A stretch of DNA of 64,000 bases from assembly GCA_951406725.2 (NCBI GenBank), contig OX597824.1, forward strand, positions 96,286,001 through 96,350,000, given 5' to 3'. Origin of the DNA: Octopus vulgaris (taxonomy: Eukaryota). Positions within the stretch are counted from its first letter, which is position 1; every line of letters starts with the position of its first letter. The notes beneath the pieces are model-generated. The model saw only the letters and a list, made by a program, of their open reading frames with translations. It was not told the DNA's origin and searched no databases. Shown in pieces: positions 50,400 through 62,988 of the stretch. The translations under genes were made by a program, and so were the position numbers.

Positions 50400-52058
50400 A
50401 ATTTCAAGACTCACATAGGAAAAGAAGACCTGTTCCTCTAGAAGAGCCATTCTTTGGAAAGCAACTGCAGGATAACAATGAAACTTCAAATTGATGGTTG
50501 CTACCTGTTCCTTGGAGATACAATCAAAAGAAGGAAAGAAAGAACAAAGGAAATTTTGAAAGAAGTAACTTTTTTATGGCAAAAGAAATTAAATTTCCCA
50601 TATTAATTCAAAATGTACAAACAAAAGTAGCAAAAGTCCTGAATACCTCAGATAAATGTGTAAAACGATGAAAATATGATTCATTGAAAGGAATTTTTGA
50701 CATCACAAAGGAAAATGGAAAATGGAGAATGGGTGTGTAATAAGGATAGAAATTGAAAGCAAGAGACAGGTTGGGTATGGAACTGGAAAGGCAGCCAATT
50801 CCAAAACTATCCATCCATCAAAAAAAAGAAAAGAGTTCTTGATGACAACTTCAACCAGAGCAACTCCTGTATCATTGGCAATGTCTGAAGCAGAGACTGA
50901 ATGTGAATATGAAGACTCTGAAAAATCAGATGAAGAATCCACACAAACAAGGAGGAAGTATACTAAAACTGGAACTACAACCCAGTTAGTCATATCTTCC
51001 AAGCTATCAACCCAAAAAGCAGCAACAGTTTGTCGACAATTATCTCAAGATGGAATCAATGCCAAGACTCCTTCCTAATGTGGTATTTACAGATTGATTA
51101 TCAAAGAAGCTGTTAAGCTAAAAAAGAAAATAAAGAAAACACTACATTTAGAAAATTGGTCATTGCATTTAGATGGTAAACGTATTGATGACCAAGAATA
51201 CCAAGTGCTAGTTTTAAAGAATGAACAGGGAGAAGTTAAGTTAGAAACATTCCTATTACTAAATGGAAAAGCCGTTACTGTTGTGAAAGGAATAACAACT
51301 GTTTTAGTTGAATACAATTTATGGGACTGTGTTAAGATGATTGTCACTGTTGGGAAAAGAAATGGCATTGTCATTTAGTTGCAAAGATTGTTTGCTTGAA
51401 AAGGTTTGAAAGAAGTGCAATTTATTGGTTGTCAGCATCAGATCCTTGATAGAGTTCTTCGTGTTGTAATGGATAAAGAACTTGGAGAAAAAAGTAATTT
51501 CCTAATATTGAATATACATTCATCCCAGAGCTTCTAAGTAATTACGAGAAATTCCAGGTTAATTTCAACAATGGGGAAGAAAAGATTACTGAATCAGCAG
51601 GAAGGTGAGACGACATTTGTTTATCGCCAGAGTTTTTCATTTCTTTGAAGAAACCAGAAAATTTCCTACTGTAAAGTTTCAAAAAATACCCAACTTAAGT
51701 AATGCAAGATGGAATTCTTAAGCAATACTAGCTCTTTTGGCACTTATTCTTCTACCAGGGAAAAGAGTTTTGTTTCTCAATGTTTGTCGATTAATCCCTT
51801 ACAGCTGGGCAGATTTTTGGTTTACTGACCAAATGTTCAAGGTACATGATTATTAGAAGTTGTGGTAGCCTGCAAGGTCATAAAAAAGCATTGAACTCTG
51901 TAAAAATTTTTGGGAGTCGAGACCCATCAAAACTGGGAATTCCCAGAACAAATAAGAGTGGAGATTGGGCAACCAAGTACCTTCAAGATCTTTATGATGT
52001 TTGTAGAAAGAAGGAGAAACTTCAGCTTCGATTTATTTTATCTAACAAAACATATTAA
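50400..52058 (+). mobile_element. Decayed cut-and-paste DNA transposase (hAT/hATm-like)
   Basis: Interrupted ORFs with LHLDGK, VL.EYNLWD.VKMI, FIGCQHQILDRVLR and SNARWNS motifs; many stops and frameshifts; TIRs not identified. Confidence 0.6.
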
Positions 52059-53191
52059 TTCTTTGTTATGTTTAAAAATTTGCTAACATTCAGCACCCTT
52101 TTTCTTATACAATTATTTAAAACTTGAATTAAACCTATAAAGTTTAAAATATGAATTGTTTTTAATTTTGTATGTTATCGAATGCTTGTAGTGGCTGACA
52201 TAGAGGCAATAATAAAAGCAATAAGCAATAAGGACTATCCATGAAGTGGTCAAATAGTTTAGGTTCAGGATGGACGATCAGATAAAGAAATTGTGTACCC
52301 ATAAGACTACTACTAATTCAAACTATGACTAGGTGCACTACAACTCATCTAAAGTGTATATATAATCAGGTGTAGTTTTGGTGGATTTCGGAAAGCATGA
52401 GGGCCTTAAAGGATGCAGTGTCATGGCAGTCAACAACTGACGCAGGCAGTTTGTTCCATGCTTCAGCAACTCTGAGCCTGAAAAAATGGGCTAATCAACT
52501 GCAGAAGAGTGCTTTGCAGTGGTTTCATGCAGGCAAGGCGTGATTCTTGATTGCCAAATTTCACTTAGCAGTTCAACAACACTTTTCTCACGGCAAAACA
52601 ATAGTTTTTCTGTGAGTGGCAGCAGTTACATTTACCAAATGCCTTCACTAAACCGAATAATGTCTTTGCCACTTGACCCTTCTGACCTCTTCAATTTCAC
52701 CAAAAGCTAGATTAGAGATAACAGACCCCCAAAGAAACCTGTTGTTCTCAACAATATATTTCTATCCTTCCAGCTGGTTTTGCATAGTTATAAATACTAG
52801 AATTTGGTAAGGCAAAATCAGTTGGGGAACCGAGATGACCAGGGTCATGGCCAAAAGCAGGCAGCCACAAAAGACAAATAGCCAGAGGGAGAAAGGTTAC
52901 AATCAGCTAACTATGAGACAACTTCCCTCGGCTCCATTTCTTTTCTCTTACAGCACAATTCTATCACTATCTTGGGTTTACTACTACAAGATGAACGTGT
53001 ATACACATACAGGCTGGAATTAACTTTCTTAAGCTCGCATGCTCTTTCAATTATATCACACCTGCCTGTCGAGGCATCGCATTATACCAAGTAAATATTT
53101 CTTTACAACTTTGATCCCTATCTATCCTATGAACCCATTTGATTCCTGCTTCACTCACAGAGACCTCCATGGCCATTTGATGCTTAAATAA

Positions 53192-53556
53192 TCTCTCTAT
53201 ATATAAAGCTGAAGTTGTCTGTGTATGGCAGGTTTGGTAGCCTTTAACTAACACTATCTCCTCTGAGACCCTGCGGCGCAAGTTGACCAAAATTGAGAGT
53301 ATGTATGATAGAAGAAGTCTTACTCTTCCTTCCGTAGAAGAAAAACTTCAAATTGGACCATGTTAACACCAAAAAGGTGCTTTTTTTTCTATGAAAATTC
53401 CTATTTTTTACGATTTTTTGACTGCTGTGTCGTCATTTTTCGGTGTATTTTAACCAGAAAAATTTTCACTTAAAGAGAATAACAAGCTACATAATGCAAA
53501 AATTCAAATTCTAAAGGGTCGAAACAAACCCGAGCAACACCGGGCAATACTACTAG
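53192..53556 (+). mobile_element. Non-autonomous Helitron
   Basis: A|TCTCTCTATATATAAAG...CCCGAGCAACACCGGG..CTAG|T. Confidence 0.8.
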
Positions 53557-53796
53557 TCGTATTCTATTTCTATAATTAAATGCTCATAGGAATTGTATAA
53601 AAGAAACTGTTAAAATATTTTGGGTATGGAAGAAGCAGAACCAGTTTATTGCAAATAAATTTTAACAGCAAAATCTTATGTGGACCCCTTCTCCTAAGAG
53701 CTATACGGACCCTGGTTGAAAATCACTGCTGTAGTTACTTAAAGAGGGTGTGATTAATATTTATCACAATGTGCTGGTGGCACATAAAAGCACTTT

Positions 53797-55128
53797 TTGA
53801 GCATTGGGCCTCATGGAGGCAGGGACATAGCCAAGACCTGGTCTTGGCAGTGGCTATCCCAGAAAGGGAGAGCGGAGGTGACCAATGTGTTTATCGCATC
53901 GGTCATCACCTACCGCCTAACCATCATTCCTTACCCTGATTTGTGGTTGAGCAAGCTGGAAAGACAGCTCTTCTGCTTCTTGTGGAAGGGCTTGAAACCA
54001 CTTGTGAGATCCTCTATTTGCTGCCAACAACCGTTAAAGGGTGGGCCAGGGATGCCTTGGCTGATGATGTGCAGGCAAACTCTGAGGTTGAAGCATCTGT
54101 GGCTCCATCTGGATAGTGATTGGGTGTGGTCTCTGCTGGCGAAACAGATGTTTCCCAAGTTCACTTGTTTCGGTGGACTGAATACCTGGTTCTATCATAG
54201 ATCGAAGTTGGGTACATGGTTTATGGACTGTCGTAAGGCTCTCCGGATATTCCATCTCTCGGGCAACGCCTGCGGTAGTGGTTCTACTACATTCTTCCAT
54301 AGAGGGTTGGTAGAGGTGAAATGTGACGATACCTTGGGGGAAGCCCTAGGTTTCAATGATAACCAGCTGGCCAGTCTGTTCCAATGTACATTCGGGCCGA
54401 AGACGCTGTGTATCTTCCAGAAGTCTTTGGCATGGCAATGTTACCGAGGAGCCTTACCTGTCTGGGACAAGCTCACAAGGCATGGTAGCGCTGGCCCACC
54501 GACCTGTCCAAGATGTGGGTGAGACAGGGAAACTGTCCCATGTGCTATTGTTCAGTGTTTGGAGATGTCAGATGTGTGGGTTTATGCCGAACAACTGTTG
54601 TCAAGTACAGGAAGAGTACAGCTATTGACCGAGTCAATAGTAAAAATTGACCCACCGGATTTCCTATCGAAAGAAGGTAAGAATTGTTTTCTCATCGTAG
54701 TAGCAACAGCGAGAGAGGTAAATTGGAAGACGTGATTGAAAGGGTTAATAACAGGCATTTTTATCTCTGGCCCTGACATGGTGAATTTCTTCACCTTCCA
54801 CCTAAGAAGGAAAATAGGGTTAGAGAAAAAATGCCTGTTCGCGAAAATGTTCCAAGATTGATGGAATAATGTCACATGAATGTTGCATATGGATGGAACC
54901 ACATGAATACAACGCAGGATGAACCTAAGGCATCAGTGGGGAGGCAGGGATCGTAGGGTCCAAGCATATCCCGCCTCCCCCACTCCATTCTGTTTTGTTG
55001 TCTTGTATATGTTATCATTCGAACTATTCATATTTATGTAAAATGTTTAAATTCATTTTTTTGTTAACTCATACGTGAAATCTGACCCTATATTAGATTG
55101 TAATGTCCCCTTGTGGAAAATAAAAAAT
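53797..55128 (+). mobile_element. L1/Tx1-like LINE 3' half
   Basis: 241-aa ORF LSQKGR..V.N.FI.S...Y...FLW......GG.G and zf-RVT-like CPRCG..ET.HA...C; ends in AATAAAAAA. Confidence 0.85.
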
Positions 55129-55672
55129 TTGCAAAATGCTTAGCGGTATTTCACCTGTCGCTATGATCTGAGTTCAAGTTTCGGATCTTTTCACTTTGAC
55201 CGGCAGATTTTTAAAATAATTTCTTTGTAACTAAACACTTTTAAACTTCGTATACAGGTAGAATGTGTTGCATAAAACATCTTTTTCTCTTGGCTTTCTT
55301 GAGAAAATTCTGTAGTTTGTAAGCTATTTGTTGTTTAAATTCTTGCATTTCAGCAATTTCAACCAATCAATGACGTCTATTGAGGTGAAAACGATTTCTG
55401 CCGTAACATTTGTTCTTAAGTAGTACCTGAAATCTGACCCCATATCAGATTATAATGTCCCCTTATGAAAAATAAAAAAATTGCGAAATGCGTATTTCAC
55501 CCGTCACTACGATCTGAGTTCAAGGGTTGACTTCGCCTTTCGTCTTTTCCAAGTCGATAAATCAAATGCCAGTTACGCACCGAGGTCGATCTAATCCACT
55601 TGTTCTCCCTCCCCCCATAAAATTCCCGGCCTTGTGCCAATAGTAAAAAGTGTATTTTAATAAAGTTGCACA

Positions 55673-56079
55673 GAGTGGCTGTGTGATAAGTAGCTTGCCT
55701 ACCAACCACATGGTTCCGGGTTCAATCCCACTGCGTGGCACCTTGGGCAAGTGTCTTCTACTATAGCCTCGGGCCGACCAAAGCCTTGTGAGTGGATTTG
55801 GTAGACGGAAACTGAAAGAAGCCCGTCGTATATATGTATATACGTGCGTGTATGTTTGTGTGTCTGTCTGTCCCCCTAGCATTGCTTGACAACCGATGCT
55901 GGTGTGTTTATATCCCTGTCACTTAGCGGTTCGGCAAAAAGAGACCGATAGAATAAGTACTGGGCTTACAAAAGAATAAGTCCCGGGGTCGAATTTGCTC
56001 GACTAAAGGCGGTGCTCCAGCATGGCCGCAGTCAAAGGACCGAAACAAGTAAAAGAGTAAAAGAGTAAAAGAGAAGAGT
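55673..56079 (+). mobile_element. tRNA-derived SINE family A, full-length copy
   Basis: A box TGGCTGTGTG.T, B-box-like GGTTCAATCCC, central (TA/TG)n, (AGTAAAAG)n tail; other copies ~12980-13370(-), 16417-16815(+), 21551-21942(-), 23760-24147(-), 32370-32640(-), 34023-34465(+), 60950-61303(-). Confidence 0.88.
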
Positions 56080-56084
56080 TATGT

Positions 56085-56401
56085 CCCGCTAGTTACAGTT
56101 GACGCGCCATAGACGGCGCTCGAGTGCGGCCTGGCTCGACCAATCAGAAAGCAGGGCGCTAACATCAAAACCGAGGAAGACATTTTTGTTGTCATTTCGT
56201 ATAAAAAAAACATTCTTCGTGTTTCCAAGAGAATCGCTTCCGGACGGATTCGACAAGGAAAGGAAAGGGTTTTTTTTGGAGGACGGAACTTGCTTGGAAT
56301 ATATTGTTTTTCATAAGTATTCTTTGCACACACACACACACACACCGCCCCACCACTGCGTTGCTCTGAGGTGTTTTATTTCGAAAAGAGTCTTCGACAC
56401 A
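56085..56401 (+). promoter_or_regulatory. CpG-rich promoter / 5' UTR of the RING gene
   Basis: Local CpG enrichment in AT-rich DNA, CCAAT at 56140-56144, YY1-like CGCCAT near 56105, directly upstream of exon 1. Confidence 0.6.
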
Positions 56402-56454
56402 ATGGAACCGTCGCCGCCGCCGCCGCCGCCGGACAAGAACTGCAACGAACAACG
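56402..56454 (+). CDS. RING + TRAF-type zinc finger protein, exon 1 (MEPSPPPPPPDKNCNEQR)
   Basis: ATG in ACAATGG context in a CpG-rich region; (CCG)6 polyproline; CG|GTAAAA donor, phase 2 matches next exon. Confidence 0.75.
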
Positions 56455-56706
56455 GTAAAAGACACAACACTCTCTCTTTCGCTCTTTTGCTTTATTCTCT
56501 TCGAAACACAATGGGAAATTACTGTTGTTGTTATTATTATTATATAAGGTTTTGGCCGAGTTAGAGAATGCGTCCACCTCCCGCTTTCGGCGTAACAAAA
56601 GCCCTGACCCCCCCCCCCTAATCCTAAACACCGGGGGAGAACGAATTCTTTACTTTCACCATTTAGATTTATACATGTATATATATATATAATGTGTGTG
56701 TACACA

Positions 56707-56740
<34 letters not shown>

Positions 56741-57066
56741 ACACAATATATGTATATAATGTGTGTGTGTACACAATGTGTCTGTGTGTGTACACTATCT
56801 GTATGTGTGTGTGTACACAATATGTGTGTACACTATATGTGTGTATATACACTATATGTGTGTGTGTATACACTGTGTGTGTAAATTATAAACGTATGCA
56901 TACAAAGTGTTTTCGTTTCCCTTGATCTCATAAAGTGAAACGGAGGAATTCGACAGAGACGTGTGTATGTCGGGGGGGGGGGGTGTCGAGACAGAAAGCC
57001 TGTGTGAGAGAAGGGAGATGAGGGAGAGTAACGGCCTATGGTGTTTTTTTTTTGTTCTTGTTTTTT

Positions 57067-57344
57067 CATTCTTTCGATATAACTCGACAAAAATCAAAAC
57101 ATTTATTTCACTTTGGGTATTTCCGTGGAAGCAAATGACAGTTCGATTCTGTTTTTCTGCTTGGAAATTTGCGGATTTTTACATAAACACACGAAACTGG
57201 TAAGAACAAATATGCAAGGCTTTTTTTCCTTCAAGTTTTAAACGAGACTTTGCTGGCATAATTTCGTTATATCTAAACTCCACAACCCACGGAAATACCC
57301 GAAGTGAAATGTCTTGATTTTTGTCGAGTTATATCGAAAGAATG
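57067..57344. mobile_element. MITE-like element with ~60-bp terminal inverted repeats
   Basis: 57067-57128 CATTCTTTCGATATAACTCGACAAAAATCAA..GGGTATTTCCGTGG pairs with 57287-57344. Confidence 0.72.
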
Positions 57345-57785
57345 CCAATTAAAAAATTTTTCCTCTCACCTTTTTTGAATGTGTGATTGACTGAGAGAGA
57401 AAATGTTTGTGAATTGTGTAACAATATATCATCAGTGTGTTATCATTAAACATTGCTGGCCACTTTTGAATGATGGCACCCCACTAGCTAGGGTGAGCAG
57501 GCGAACACCCCCCCTCCCTTTAATCAGGTGAGTGGACTGGAGCAATATGCAATCAAGAGTTTTGCACAAGAACACGACACAACACTCGGTCTAGGAATCG
57601 AAACCACCATCTAGTGCAACGCCTTAATCACCAGGCCATGTGCACAGCCGGGTAGATAAACTTACTGTTAATAAAAAAAAAAATGGGAGAATACACACCC
57701 ATAAATAAATAGCTTCTGTTTATATTTGTATTAAATTTTTTCCTTGATTTTTTTTTTTTTTTTTTTCCTCTCTCCTTGTCTACAG

Positions 57786-57944
57786 ATTCTGTTGCATGGT
57801 ATGTTTGTGTCCAAGACTTAGGATGGTCTATGGGAAATGTCAGCACAAATTTTGTGTGGATTGTCTTTATAATAATAAAGATAATAGTCTTCGAATTTTG
57901 TCCTGTCCACTATGTAACCAAACTGGCCAGTTCCCAGAAAAAAA
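57786..57944 (+). CDS. RING/TRAF-ZnF protein exon 2, C3HC4 RING (FCCMVCLCPRLRMVYGKCQHKFCVDCLYNNKDNSLRILSCPLCNQTGQFPEKK)
   Basis: Long poly-T tract + CAG acceptor, GTAAGT donor, 159 nt; C-x2-C-x11-C-x-H-x2-C-x2-C-x13-C-x2-C spacing. Confidence 0.92.
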
Positions 57945-58748
57945 GTAAGTACACTGCTTTTTTACTTTTATTTATTTATTTATTTTTTTTTTAAATAAGG
58001 CTTTTAATGAATCAAAATGGTTTGGAGAAAAATGCATTAAGGTCAATCTTTTTTACAATAAAAATCGAAATTGAACCAAATCCTATGACTGGCACCCAGC
58101 CATTACCAGTGCCGCTGGACTGACTCCTGTGCAGGTGGCAAGTAAAAAAGCACCGTTTTGACCCTGTGCTTGAGGAGACCTATTGAGTCAAGTACATCAA
58201 AAATCAATGGAAATTGTAATTGTGATTCCTATACCGGTGGCACGTAAGAGGCACCAACCAATCGTGGCCGCTGCCAGGCTCCCCTGGCACGTAAAAAGCA
58301 CCCACTACATTCATGGAGTGGTTGGCATTAGGAAGGGCATCAAGCTGTAGAAACACACCCGGATCAGACTGGTGCCTGGTGCAGCCTCCTGGCTTCCCAG
58401 ACCCCAGTCAAACTGTCCAACCCATGGCAGCATGGAAAACGGACATTAAAAGATTTGTCCAAGCTGGCATATGGAGCAGCACCCTGTGACTCTTATAGTA
58501 TGTGCAGCCAAAACTCCTATGAAACCACATGTTAACAGCACCCAGGTTAGAAGTGGGGCATCCCGAGGGACAACCTAGATAGATACTGTGATGTCTATGA
58601 GTTTGACTTTCCACAATGGACTCCATCTAACCAGTCCTCAGTTCTTTTAAAAATGTGAATTAAGTCGATTTGTAAGAAAGGACAGTATAAAGTGATTTTT
58701 TTTATTGCAGGCTGTAATATTTTAAAACCCATCTCGTTTCTGTTTTAG

Positions 58749-58862
58749 ACCCGTTATCCCTGATGATAATATTGAAATCCAAAAGTGTCTTGGGATTGTG
58801 GAATGTCCAAATGAAGGCTGTAATTATGAAATGTGGAGCTGGGATCAAGAACAACACTTCAA
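58749..58862 (+). CDS. RING/TRAF-ZnF protein exon 3 (PVIPDDNIEIQKCLGIVECPNEGCNYEMWSWDQEQHFN)
   Basis: TAG acceptor, GTAAGT donor, 114 nt, phase 2-2; post-RING PD linker and CPNEGC..H of a TRAF-type finger. Confidence 0.9.
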
Positions 58863-60125
58863 GTAAGTTTCACTTGGTCTTCCTATGTCCTCTTCTTGTG
58901 CCAATGACACGCGAGAAGCACCGTCCGAACGTGGCAGATGCCAGTGCTGCCTGACTGGCGTCCGTGTCGGTGACACGTAAAAGCACCAACCAATCGTGGC
59001 CATTTGCCAGCCTCCTCTGGCCCCTGTGCCGGTGGCACGTAAAAAACACTGCCAAACCAGACTGGAGCCTGGTGCAGCCTCCATGGCTTACCAGACCCCA
59101 GTTGAACTGTCCAACCCATGCTAGCATGGAAAAAGGACGTTAAATGATGACATTACCAAAGTCCTAGGAATGGCATCAAGGTACAAACTTCTGTCATGTA
59201 GTAAGTCATCCTTGTATTCTCATAGCCTTACCTATAATGTAGTTTTATTATAGGAATGATGTGAGTGGAAACTGCTCAGTTGTGATGTCTGTTGAGTGAG
59301 GTTATTGAGCAAGGACATTGATTTGTTTGCGAGGCAGCCTTGTCTGCTCAACAACAACAATTTTCTTCTGATAAGAACCTTAGATTGTAATCTTTCTAAG
59401 ACCGGTTCCATTGTAAAGACTGTGTCTACAGCTTGAAAAGCAAATGCTTTCCTTTGATCAGTTGAAACAATTGGAGCTTACCCAATAATAAGCAGGCTTA
59501 AGCAGTGGGGGATGCACCATTGCTGCTTTCACCATTTGTCTTGTTCATTCTTGGGTCTTCCTGGACAAACAACCATCAAGCAGGGTCCCAGTCAGCCTCC
59601 GTCTTCGCAAAGTACCTCCTTGTGTGCCATGGTTATGTGACTGTGGTCAACCAACATGAACCCTCAACCTAGCCAAATCCTCAGTGAAGAGAACAGGGTA
59701 AGCAGTGTCCAACTCAGAAAATCGAGAAACATGGCCAAATAGTCTAAACTGTATGTATGATTGTAATAAGTTAAAATATATTTAAATATATATAAGCACC
59801 TGATCCACACTGTGAAGTGGTTGGAGTTTGGAAGGGCTAAAAAGCTATAAAAACTCTACCAAAGCTGACCTCACCTGTGCTTGTGCCACAAAATGCACTG
59901 AGTCCACTCTCTTGAGTGGTTGGTGTTAGGAAGGGCATCCAGCTGTAAGAATCTTGCCAAAATAGTCACAGAAGTCTGGTGCTTTTTATGTGCCAACAGT
60001 AAGGGAGCCAGTCGGGGGTTACTGGCATCAGCCACGTTCAGCTGGTGCCTTTTTTTATGTGCTGTGGAATTTAAATTTTAATCTTTTGTAAAAACGTTTC
60101 TTTTTCTTTCTGTTTGCTTTTTCAG

Positions 60126-60267
60126 TGAGTGTCCCAACCGAAAATCCCCTGCCACAAAGAAGAAAACACCAACATACAAAAACTCCATAATTTCACGGCC
60201 ATACTTTTTTCGAAAATCAAAAAAGAAATATTGTTCTTACTTTCTGAGACTTTCCTCAAAACATTGA
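60126..60267 (+). CDS. RING/TRAF-ZnF protein exon 4, coding part (ECPNRKSPATKKKTPTYKNSIISRPYFFRKSKKKYCSYFLRLSSKH*)
   Basis: Strong polypyrimidine/CAG acceptor; supplies the last Cys of C-x4-C-x11-H-x3-C; TGATGA stop then AG|GTAAAT donor at 60273. Confidence 0.78.
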
Positions 60268-62988
60268 TGAAGGTAAATTCTTAAAAGTTTCTTCTTGTTA
60301 CCATATTTCTTTAAAAATACTCTACTTTGCTTTCATTTAGTTTTCAAAATAAGACTTCAATAAAATGGTTTTTAACTGGGGTTTGGAACATATTAACTTG
60401 AAATTTTGAAGATTTTACTTTAAAAACTGGGGACATTATATCTTCGTATCAGGGCCTGTCTCACCTGGGTTGGTATCAGAAGGGTTAAAATATCTCCATG
60501 CCTGATAATCCTTTCTACTATAGGCACAATCATCATCGTCGTTTAATGTCTGCTTTCCATGCTGGCATGGGTTGGACGGTTCGACCGGGGTCTGAGAAGC
60601 CAGAAGGCTGCGCCAGGCTCCAATCTTGATCTGGCAGAGTTTCTACAGCTGGATGCCCTTCCTAATGTCAACCACTACAAGAATGTAGTCCAATGCCTGA
60701 GATTTTGCGTGAGGGAACTAGTTGATTACATCAAACCCTGTGCTTCACTGTTACTCGAAAGGATGAAAAGCAAAATTGACCATGGCAGAATTTGAACTCA
60801 GAATGTAGAGACAGGTGAAATACTGCTAAGCACATCGTCCAGTGTGCGAATATCTCTGCCAGCTCGCTGCCCCATCTCCATGTCTAATAATGACAAACCC
60901 CCTTGTTGTGCACAGTAATTTGTCTTGATTACTTGAGCTTGGTTATTATACTCGTTGTTTGTCATTTGGGTGCGACCATGCTGGAGCACTTTCTTTAGTC
61001 AAACAAATCGATCCCAGGACTTATTCTTTGTAAGCCTGGTACTTATTCTATTGGTCTCTTTTTGCTGAACCGCTAAGTTACGGGGGACGTAAACACACCA
61101 ACAATCGGTTGTCAAGCGTTGGTGGGGAAACAAACACACACACATATGACAGGCTTCTTTCAGCTTCCATCTACCAAATCCACTCACAAGGCTTTGGTCA
61201 GCCTGAGGCTATAGTAGAAGACACTTTCCCAAAGTATCACGTAGTGGGACTGAACCATGTTGTTGGTAAGCAAGCTACTTGGCACACAGCCACTCCTGCG
61301 CCTCGGTCATGTATATTTAATGATCAAATTAAAAGGTGAACATCATCAAATTTACGTTTAATTTCTCGTTAAGTTTTAGTTTCTGATCTTCCAGCTTTTG
61401 AGTCCAATCACACACACACACACACCCCATGAACTTTTAGTTTCTGCTTACCAAATTCACTCAAAGCTTTATGTCTCAAGGCTATCTCCTGCAGCACCTT
61501 GGGCAAGTATTTTCTACCATTGCACTGGGCCTACTAAAACCTTGACTGGATTTGGCAGATCGAGACTGAAAGAGGGTTGAGTATGCGTTTCTTGAGGTGA
61601 TAGCATGGCTGTGTGGCAAGGGATTTGCCTCCTAATCACATGGTTCTTGTTTCAGTCCCACTGTGTGGCATCTTAGGCCTGTATGCCTTCTATTATAAAG
61701 CTGTATTACATTGACTATTATGTCTTGACCAAAATCCGTAGTCCTATCGTCACCTCTGCAATTACACTGATGTTTCCCAACCCCCCTTTATTTAAATGAG
61801 TTTTCCCACACTCCTTTTAATATGCTTATCATTGTCATTTAGTGTCCGTTGTCCATGCTGGCATGGGTTGGACGGTTCTATCTGGGCTTGTAAGCTGCAC
61901 CAGATCCCAGTCTGATTTGGCATGGTTTCTACAGCTGGATGCCTTTCCTAATGCCAACCACTCTGCGAGTAGAATGGATGCTTTTAAGTACCATTTGCAC
62001 GACACTGGTATCTGCCACAACTGCAATTTTGTTCAGCTTGATGGGTCTTCTTCTCAAGCTCAACATAACGCCAAAGGCCCCTGTGAGGCCCAACACTTGA
62101 AAACAGCTTTCCATGTGCTGCCAGCATCAGCCACTTTCCCTCTGTGAGGCCGAATACTCAAAAGGTGCTTTTATATATGCTACCAGCACGGGTCCCAATT
62201 TACCTGACATGAGATTTTGAATTGACTTCCCGGACCCTGGGTTGGGAACCCCTGAGTCCCTCTAATCACTCTTCCATTTCCATTATAGAACAGCAGATGA
62301 AATGCTTTGCAATATATACTTCCATCCTTTTCTATCTGAATTCCAATTCTCCAGAACTTATTATGTATAAATATTTTATTTGAATTTCTTTTCTTCTCTT
62401 TAACATGTCTGTGGTCTTTCACCGTGTAATATTTTATTATTTTTCTTTTCCAGGCTTTTCAGACACAAATAAAGAAATCTGTGATATTTTCAAATGTTTC
62501 TAGCTTCTGTTGTATGGTTACTTACCAAAATCTACTAAGTACCATCATCATTACCATCCTGTTTTGCTGTTTTCTAACAAAGTAATAACGTTTCAAATGT
62601 AAAAAGTTTCTTCTCTTTATTATTATTTGTATTTTTTTTTCTTTACCCCTAACCCTGTATGTTTCCCCTTTGAAATTTTTTTTACTGTTTACAGTGAAGC
62701 TACAGTTTTTGTATGTTTGCTTCACTTTGACAAACAGACAAATTCTGGATTAGTTGCACAGAAGTTTGAAAATCCTACCATACAATGTGTAATTAGTTTA
62801 CCTGCAGTTTGATTTAAAACATTGCTCATGGGTACCAAGACCCAGGGCTAAACTTTCGTTGAGCAGAATCTGTGGTTTGCTGCTCTTGCGAGAAAATCTT
62901 GTGTATTACTACTCGCCTTTTCTTTTTCGCAACCTAAAACCTTTTTGTCTTGTCAAGAGAAACCAGAATGTTGTCCAGCACAACGAAT

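Noticed and set aside
56080-56110. Minus-strand ATGGCG as a candidate KIF16B start
   Set aside because: Reads MARQL* only; the true VKVAVRVRP exon is at 47978-48024
59255-59372. Possible intronic C/D snoRNA (ATGATG...CTGA)
   Set aside because: Imperfect C box, no convincing terminal stem or recognisable rRNA guide; the region may be a decayed LINE
56402-60267. Assigning the symbol TRAF6 to the RING gene
   Set aside because: Only the CPNEGC finger region resembles TRAF6; the RING ends CPLC (not CPVD) and no further fingers or MATH domain are visible
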